From the NCBI GenBank assembly GCA_049968255.1, contig JBMFRB010000001.1:397495-461494 (forward strand): 64,000 nucleotides of DNA, in the 5' to 3' direction. This document shows positions 58,694-64,000 of the stretch, piece after piece. Origin of the DNA: Candidatus Sumerlaeaceae bacterium (GTDB taxonomy: Bacteria > Sumerlaeota > Sumerlaeia > Sumerlaeales > Sumerlaeaceae). Both the position numbers and the translations under genes were made by a program. Position 1 is the first letter of the stretch. Every line of letters starts with the position of its first letter. Under the pieces are notes generated by a model that saw nothing but the letters and a program-made list of their open reading frames with translations, was not told the origin of the DNA and ran no database searches.

Positions 58694-59293
58694 CTAATTG
58701 AAAGGGTGATCGCTGGTTCGCCAGATGTCACCGTTGCTGACTGTTCCATTGGTGGGATCGTAAATCATGTAGTTATAGTCTGGATCCTGACCTGTGAAAA
58801 TTTCCCAAGAAAACCCAGGATAGGCTTTGATGGGAACGGAATCCTCGTCCAGATCAGGACCATTGGAGCTGATGGCGTAACGGTGAGGCGTTTGCAGGGG
58901 TGTGGCGCCCATTTTGTAAGCGAAGTGCCGCGGTCCCCAATCGATGTGGTTGTCTAGGTCCCAACGCTGCTCGAAGGGGTCGCGCGGAACATGTGTGAGA
59001 TAAGCAATTGGAGTCGTCAGACACTCAAAGCGTTGCCAGCGGGGCGTAAGGAACGTTTCCGGATATCGTCCGTTATCGGTGTGGTAGACTTCCAAGGCGA
59101 CGGCGATGGTCCGGATGTCGTTTTTTGCCAGCGCAACTTTGCTGCGAATCTGCGCTTCGAGAAAATTGGGGAGCGCGGTGGCGGCAAGTACGGAAAGGAT
59201 GGCCACGACCACCAGCAGCTCGACCAAAGTCAGGGCTCGGCTCCTCGGCGAGTAGATGCTAGGGCAACTTACGGATCGAGTCAAATGGGTCAT
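58694..59293 (-). CDS. GspG-like prepilin (N-methylation domain protein)
   Basis: RA|LTLVELLVVVAIL, PNFLEAQIRSKV, ALEVYHTDNGRYP, LTTPIAY, DPF, SNGPD, YDPTNGTVSNGDI. Confidence 0.85.
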   Translation of the reverse strand: MTHLTRSVSCPSIYSPRSRALTLVELLVVVAILSVLAATALPNFLEAQIRSKVALAKNDIRTIAVALEVYHTDNGRYPETFLTPRWQRFECLTTPIAYLTHVPRDPFEQRWDLDNHIDWGPRHFAYKMGATPLQTPHRYAISSNGPDLDEDSVPIKAYPGFSWEIFTGQDPDYNYMIYDPTNGTVSNGDIWRTSDHPFN

Positions 59294-59868
59294 GGGGCGG
59301 TTTTCGTTGAAGTGGTTGTCTGGGCTGCCTGGCGACGCATTCGTGATTGCTCACGAATAGCTTTCGAGGCGCGGGCCGCGTAGTCGGCCTCATCACCGTA
59401 GTACTTTTTCAGTTTCTGCGCGTTAGCCTTCTGCTTTTCAACTCGCGCTCTTTGCTCTTCGGCGCGTTTAGCTGCGAGTTCTTTGGCTCTGCTTGTGAGC
59501 TGCTCGCGTTGCTGTGGAGTCAGCACGCGGTTGACTCGAAATCGCAAGGTGCGAGGTTCAGTCGTCTCTTTCGCAATCAGCTCGATTTTCTGTTTTTGCT
59601 CGTCGGTAAGATTGAGTTCCTTGACGAGCTGCAGAAATGCGGGAGGACGCTGCGATGCAGAACGAACTGAGCGAGGCTGAGTTGGACGCTGAACAGGGTT
59701 AGTTCGATTCGTCGCGGCCGCTCGTGTACGAGATGGTACACGATACTGCACGTATTTGTATCCAATGTAAGCCCAAATGCTCCCGATCACGAACAAAAGG
59801 AAAAGAACCTTCCACGAGACGTGCAACCGCGGCGCCTCTTTCAGAACCCTTGTATCCAAGCGTGCCAT
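59290..59868 (-). CDS. Membrane-anchored protein with LTXXQ (Spy/CpxP-like) motifs
   Basis: TM helix, ELNLTDEQKQKI, VLTPQQREQL, basic coiled coil; ATGA overlap with the pilin gene. Confidence 0.6.
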   Translation of the reverse strand: MARLDTRVLKEAPRLHVSWKVLFLLFVIGSIWAYIGYKYVQYRVPSRTRAAATNRTNPVQRPTQPRSVRSASQRPPAFLQLVKELNLTDEQKQKIELIAKETTEPRTLRFRVNRVLTPQQREQLTSRAKELAAKRAEEQRARVEKQKANAQKLKKYYGDEADYAARASKAIREQSRMRRQAAQTTTSTKTAP

Positions 59869-60064
59869 GCGCAACTCCCCCCGTTGAAAAATAATGAGAG
59901 TGGGAGACCAATTCGAGATCCACCTTTTGCTGCTCTACCCCTCTCCATCGTAATTGGTCAGCAAGGAATGGGCCAAAAGAAAGCGAAGGAAATGAGAAGC
60001 TGACAAAAAAGATATGGAGGGCAAGCTTTCCGCAAAACAGACCTTCGAAGCAGCCAAAAGTGTG

Positions 60065-61792
60065 TCATGGCCGAACATGATAGAGATAGAACTCGAATGC
60101 GGAGTCGCACGAACGACTGTTTTCAGGGATGTCGATTTGCTGCAGTTTTTCTGCAAGGCTTGAGCTCCCAAGGCGAAGCGGACGTTTGGCCACATAAAGA
60201 AAGCCGGTCGAGGAAAGTTGTTTGGCCAGTTCGTATGACTTTGCAATTTTGGTTCCGTCCCAGCCAGGGAGAATGACTCGGCTATAAAACAGCCGCGGGA
60301 ACATCGTCGCCAACCAGCTCTGTTCGGTGACGATGGGTTCACCAGGGTCCGTTGCCGCCAGGAATTTTTCAAGGCGACTGATTTGGCGGTATTGGTGAAC
60401 AAGCCGATCGAGATAAACGACGGAATCGGCGAGACCGAGCAGGACCAGGAAAGCGACCAACGCCTTCAGCGCACGATGATAGGGACCTTGGCCACCAGAC
60501 CACAATTCCCTCATGACTGCGAATGCCGCCAGCACCAATCCAGGATAAATCGGTAGCAGAAGTCGCGGACCGAAATTGAGGCCAACGGCCGAGCTTGGCA
60601 CGCTCAGCGCTAATGTCAGAGCCAAGAAAAGAAGAGAGCAGACAACGACGGAGCGCAGGTTGAGAGACTCAAATCTCCCATGGCCGCTTCGCGGTGCGTC
60701 CCACAGGGTCAGCCCGAAAAACACGATTGGTGCCGATGCAACCATGGCGTTAACAAAATATTGTGATACTATCGGTTGCTTTGTATCCCATGCGAAAAAG
60801 CGAGTAACAATCGCGCCGAGGGTGCCCAGGGCAACAAGAAGGACTCTGTGCTGAAGCGACGATGCGGAGCGAACAAACGCCAGGCATCCTAACGCGAGCA
60901 ACAATCCTGCGTCGGCCAGAGGCGCCCCCTGAACAAAGGCCAAATAACGATAGGCGACCCATCCCCTTGATGCGAGAGACCAAGTGTACTCCCAAGACTT
61001 ACCACTCCCCGTGCTCGCACGGAAGAAAAGCGGAACGCCGATGACGGCATGATTCACCACCATGAGTGCGATCGCGCCCGCGGCAAACACGCCCGCTGAC
61101 ACTGCCACGAGACGCCAAGCAGGGCGCAAAAGTAAAACTGCGAGAAAACAGCAAATCGCCCAGAGGAGATACTCCTCACGCATGACAAACGCCAGCCACA
61201 GCAAAACGCCCGCGCCAACAGCGCGTGGCAGTGAGGAGCGACGGGTGGCGTCGAGGAGATAGACTTGTCCCCACACCGCAAAAGCTAGCGCGGGAATAAT
61301 GTCCCAAAAGATATAAACGTACGGGAGAATGGGCGTCGCAAAAATTGCAACAGAGGCAGGAATGGTCGGCCGCTCGAGGCCGCAAAGCCGAGACAACCAG
61401 ATGATGCCCCAAAACAGCAAGATCCCAGTGAAAAGCGGCAATACCCGTAAGCCGCATTGACCGAAGAGCGCATAAAATGGGGCGGTCGCATAGCTAAACC
61501 ACGGTGGGTACTGGGCAAACAGTCGGCCACCATGGACAAACGTCTGAATAAGGCCGAAGGGAACTAGCTCAAAGTTCGGATCGAGATGCTGCAAGGGATA
61601 ATCAAGCCAGAACCCCCCAAAATGATGACGTCCCACGATATTGATGAGTTGGAGGAGGCGCAAGCCGCAATCCACAACCCAAACGCCTTCGCATGGAATC
61701 AGGAAACCAATTGCAATGAGCAAGGCGCTGAGAGCACCTGCAGCCCAAATATTTCTGTCAGGAATTGGGCCCAGCTTGAACATCAGGGTCAT
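60065..61792 (-). CDS. Polytopic GT-C-like putative glycosyltransferase
   Basis: More than 10 TM helices, early Asp (VDCG), QYPP, REE, FGPRLLLP motifs typical of PMT/ArnT-like enzymes. Confidence 0.6.
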   Translation of the reverse strand: MTLMFKLGPIPDRNIWAAGALSALLIAIGFLIPCEGVWVVDCGLRLLQLINIVGRHHFGGFWLDYPLQHLDPNFELVPFGLIQTFVHGGRLFAQYPPWFSYATAPFYALFGQCGLRVLPLFTGILLFWGIIWLSRLCGLERPTIPASVAIFATPILPYVYIFWDIIPALAFAVWGQVYLLDATRRSSLPRAVGAGVLLWLAFVMREEYLLWAICCFLAVLLLRPAWRLVAVSAGVFAAGAIALMVVNHAVIGVPLFFRASTGSGKSWEYTWSLASRGWVAYRYLAFVQGAPLADAGLLLALGCLAFVRSASSLQHRVLLVALGTLGAIVTRFFAWDTKQPIVSQYFVNAMVASAPIVFFGLTLWDAPRSGHGRFESLNLRSVVVCSLLFLALTLALSVPSSAVGLNFGPRLLLPIYPGLVLAAFAVMRELWSGGQGPYHRALKALVAFLVLLGLADSVVYLDRLVHQYRQISRLEKFLAATDPGEPIVTEQSWLATMFPRLFYSRVILPGWDGTKIAKSYELAKQLSSTGFLYVAKRPLRLGSSSLAEKLQQIDIPENSRSCDSAFEFYLYHVRP

Positions 61793-62891
61793 CCTCTCGC
61801 GAGAGAGCTGCAGCTGAATCGGTTTGCTTGACCAGACGCATGATTACGAATCCCGCGTCCCAGGCGCATGCGTGCAAGTATGGGTCGCGCCATCGCAAAG
61901 CGACAACTTCGCCCCCAACAAGCATGGAATCTTCGAGTTGAGGAATCGCAGGATCGGCGAGGTTATAGAGCTGAATGCCGTTCTCATTGTTTGCAACTGC
62001 AAACAGGTCATGCGGGAGAAAGCAGATATCCTGGGCATAATCTGGAAACTTGTTAACGAGGGAAAGTAGCTCCACGGGGGGCGATGTTTCGGCAATTTCA
62101 GTACGGGGCATCGAGATGGCATCTGTGCGAAGAATCGCAAATCCGCCATTGCGCAAGGCGGCCGCAAACAGGGGCGGCGCCGCTTGCACCGCTACGCAAT
62201 AACCGGGGAGCGATATTCGCTGCAAAGGTTGCAGCAGCGCCGGATCTGCGACGCGGAACATCTCTAGTCCGCCCTCATCATTATTCGCCAGTAGAGCAAG
62301 ATGCCCCGCTAGGCAGACATCTGTCGCATAGTCGGTGCCCAGGGTGAATGAGCTTACGACGTTTGGCGCAAGAGGGTTTGTGACATCGAGGATCCGGAGT
62401 CCTCCACCTCCGCAGGCCACAGCAGCATACGCCTTGTCTGCGTGATAAAAAAGGTGAATTTTGGTGGCAATCCCCTCGAGAGGAAGCGCGGCATATGTTG
62501 AAAGATTGTCCGCGCGGAGCGTGAGAAATCCGCGGAACCGATCGGCCACAAAGAGATAACGCCCATCCGAACTTTCCACGATGTGCAATGGTTGCAAGCT
62601 GGCCGGCGGCACATGACGTAAGAGGCGTGGAGCGGCGGGACTTGAGATGTCGACTTCGCTCAGACCTTGAAAATTCTGCGCAACGAACGCACGATTGCCA
62701 ACCAAAGCCACAGCTCGTGCGCGCTTGAGAGGAAGCTGGCCAATTTTCTCCAACTTCCAGAGCTCTTTGCGCTGCAGGCGAGACAACCGCTGCGGATGAC
62801 GAGTCTCTGCGCATGAGGTCACCAAGAGTTCTGCAACAAGCAGAAGAGTTGACAGCGCAAGGCCAGAGAATTTCTGAATAGGCACGAACAT
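61758..62891 (-). CDS. LVIVD-repeat beta-propeller lipoprotein
   Basis: Lipobox-like LVTS|C; repeats GLSEVDISSP, GLRILDVTNP, GIQLYNLADP; start uncertain (62891-62918). Confidence 0.75.
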   Translation of the reverse strand: MFVPIQKFSGLALSTLLLVAELLVTSCAETRHPQRLSRLQRKELWKLEKIGQLPLKRARAVALVGNRAFVAQNFQGLSEVDISSPAAPRLLRHVPPASLQPLHIVESSDGRYLFVADRFRGFLTLRADNLSTYAALPLEGIATKIHLFYHADKAYAAVACGGGGLRILDVTNPLAPNVVSSFTLGTDYATDVCLAGHLALLANNDEGGLEMFRVADPALLQPLQRISLPGYCVAVQAAPPLFAAALRNGGFAILRTDAISMPRTEIAETSPPVELLSLVNKFPDYAQDICFLPHDLFAVANNENGIQLYNLADPAIPQLEDSMLVGGEVVALRWRDPYLHACAWDAGFVIMRLVKQTDSAAALSREDDPDVQAGPNS

Positions 62892-62907
62892 AAGCGAATG
62901 GTGAAAC

Positions 62908-63387
62908 ATGCGTACCAATGACGCAATTGCAATACTTCGCTCCGGCCCAAGACAGCCGAAGTGGTTGGTCCTCGGCTTGAGCTGGCTGGTGCCCGGCTAT
63001 GGATTTTTTGTCCACGGACTTCGGCGTCGTGCAGTGGTTCTCTTCTTGGCGATCGAGGGGACCTTTGCCGTGGGCTGTTTTCTGAGAGGTGGCGTTTTTC
63101 TGCCAGAATTCCGCTGGGGGCATGAGGGGTTTAATATTGTTACTTTGCTAACATTTTTTACGCAGATTTTCAATGGTGGCGGCGCACTCCTGAGCCTTGT
63201 TCCTGAGATCCTAGGAAGCCGCTGGGCTATCTTGCCATATGATGAGGCTTCCTGCTGGGCTGATTTGGGGTCTTTTTACATGCTGGTGGCAGGTGGACTG
63301 AATTATTTTGTCCTCATGAGCACGTTCGACTACTTCTACGGGAAAAAGCAGGCTGTTCAAGCCGATGCGATGGAAGGCGAGTCATGA
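62908..63387 (+). CDS. DUF6677-like membrane protein
   Basis: LSWLVPGYG, several TM helices, G..Y..VAGGLN. Confidence 0.6.
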   Translation: MRTNDAIAILRSGPRQPKWLVLGLSWLVPGYGFFVHGLRRRAVVLFLAIEGTFAVGCFLRGGVFLPEFRWGHEGFNIVTLLTFFTQIFNGGGALLSLVPEILGSRWAILPYDEASCWADLGSFYMLVAGGLNYFVLMSTFDYFYGKKQAVQADAMEGES

Positions 63388-63575
63388 CGAGCGGAATAGT
63401 CTTTGTGCCGTCCTTGGTGTTTTTGATGTTTGTCCTGGCAGGCGTTTACTCACTAGCGCAGGAACCCTTTGCCCACCGCCGACATCTCGCGCGGCAATGG
63501 CTGCGGCGGAGCATCAAACTTGCAAGCGTTTTAGCAGGGATCATGATCCTTGCATTTTTTTTCAGCCGAGTCTGA
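63384..63575 (+). CDS. Small two-TM membrane protein
   Basis: ATGA overlap with the previous gene; two hydrophobic helices. Confidence 0.5.
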   Translation: MTSGIVFVPSLVFLMFVLAGVYSLAQEPFAHRRHLARQWLRRSIKLASVLAGIMILAFFFSRV

Positions 63576-63585
63576 TTTTTTTGTA

Positions 63586-63626
63586 TTGACACCCAAAAAA
63601 TGCTGCTCATAAACGCGGGGTAGAAT
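63586..63626 (+). promoter_or_regulatory. Sigma70-type promoter elements upstream of the pilin
   Basis: Perfect TTGACA at 63586; CATAAA (63608) and TAGAAT (63621) are -10 candidates. Confidence 0.35.
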
Positions 63627-63675
63627 CGGGGCAAACCCGAAAAAATTCATTATTCCCGGAAAGGAGGGAAACGTA

Positions 63676-64000
63676 ATGAAGAAAGGCTTTACCCTAATCG
63701 AGCTGTTGATCGTGGTGGCAATCATTGCGATCCTGGCAGCTATCGCGGTGCCAAACTTCCTCGAGGCCCAGGTACGCTCGAAGGTCTCTCGTGCGAAGTC
63801 GGATCAGCGCTCGCTGGCAACGGCCATTGAGGCGTACTTTGTCGATAACAACCTGTATCCGGCTGCAGCGCGCGAGGGATCAGGCACTTGTGCTGCCCCG
63901 AACGCAACAGTTCCGGTCAATCCGGCGGGATCTGGCAACTTCAATAAATATGCCAATCCATCGAACCCCAACACGCAGCTGCGCAACGTGTTCAGCTTTG
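63676..64000 (+). CDS. GspG-like prepilin, candidate major pilin (runs off the window edge; absent from the ORF track)
   Basis: Translated by hand: MKKG|FTLIELLIVVAIIAILAAIAVPNFLEAQVRSKVSRAKSDQRSLATAIEAYFVDNNLYP...; strong RBS AAGGAGG. Confidence 0.92.
   Translation, partial: MKKGFTLIELLIVVAIIAILAAIAVPNFLEAQVRSKVSRAKSDQRSLATAIEAYFVDNNLYPAAAREGSGTCAAPNATVPVNPAGSGNFNKYANPSNPNTQLRNVFSF

Noticed and set aside
63626-63670. GGGCAAACCC hairpin upstream of the pilin resembling the start of a c-di-GMP-I riboswitch
   Set aside because: No GNRA-capped P2, ACGCAAAG segment or P3 stem; it is only a 5-bp hairpin TCGGG/CCCGA
1-64000. CRISPR array, diversity-generating retroelement, IS element, prophage or rRNA
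   Set aside because: No spaced direct repeats, reverse transcriptase, transposase, phage genes or rRNA-like blocks recognised by eye; very short or degenerate elements could be missed

Overview
A 64-kb stretch of gene-dense, moderately GC-rich diderm bacterial chromosome. The GspG-like pilin signature PNFLEAQxRSKV...YDPTNGTVSxGDI recalls Sumerlaeota/BRC1-like lineages; this is from memory and unverified. In order, the window holds: a sugar-catabolic cluster whose class II aldolase ends in a probable microcompartment encapsulation peptide; mqnC; a stand-alone dnaK behind a sigma54-type promoter; a 10-gene type II secretion/type IV filament operon (E-F-H-I-J-K-[PilM/N fusion]-O-P/C-secretin) with no major pseudopilin, followed by a CsgG-like gene and hslU; gyrA; an ArsR/ArsP/Trx/ArsF/ArsG/DGC cluster beside tRNA-Ser(GCT); an orphan pilT; bacilliredoxin; ispE-spoVG; tolB; acnA; argB; a GT2/TPR/FimV-like/double-receiver cluster; an FHA-GAF-PP2C gene; and two dispersed GspG-like pilin paralogues around a lipoprotein/GT-C cassette. 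The strongest candidate for an undescribed system is a distributed T2SS/T4P hybrid fed by scattered variable pilins, possibly with pilin glycosylation and a polarity module. No CRISPR array, rRNA, transposase or integrase was seen. All product calls come from recognising motifs by eye; no database search was run.
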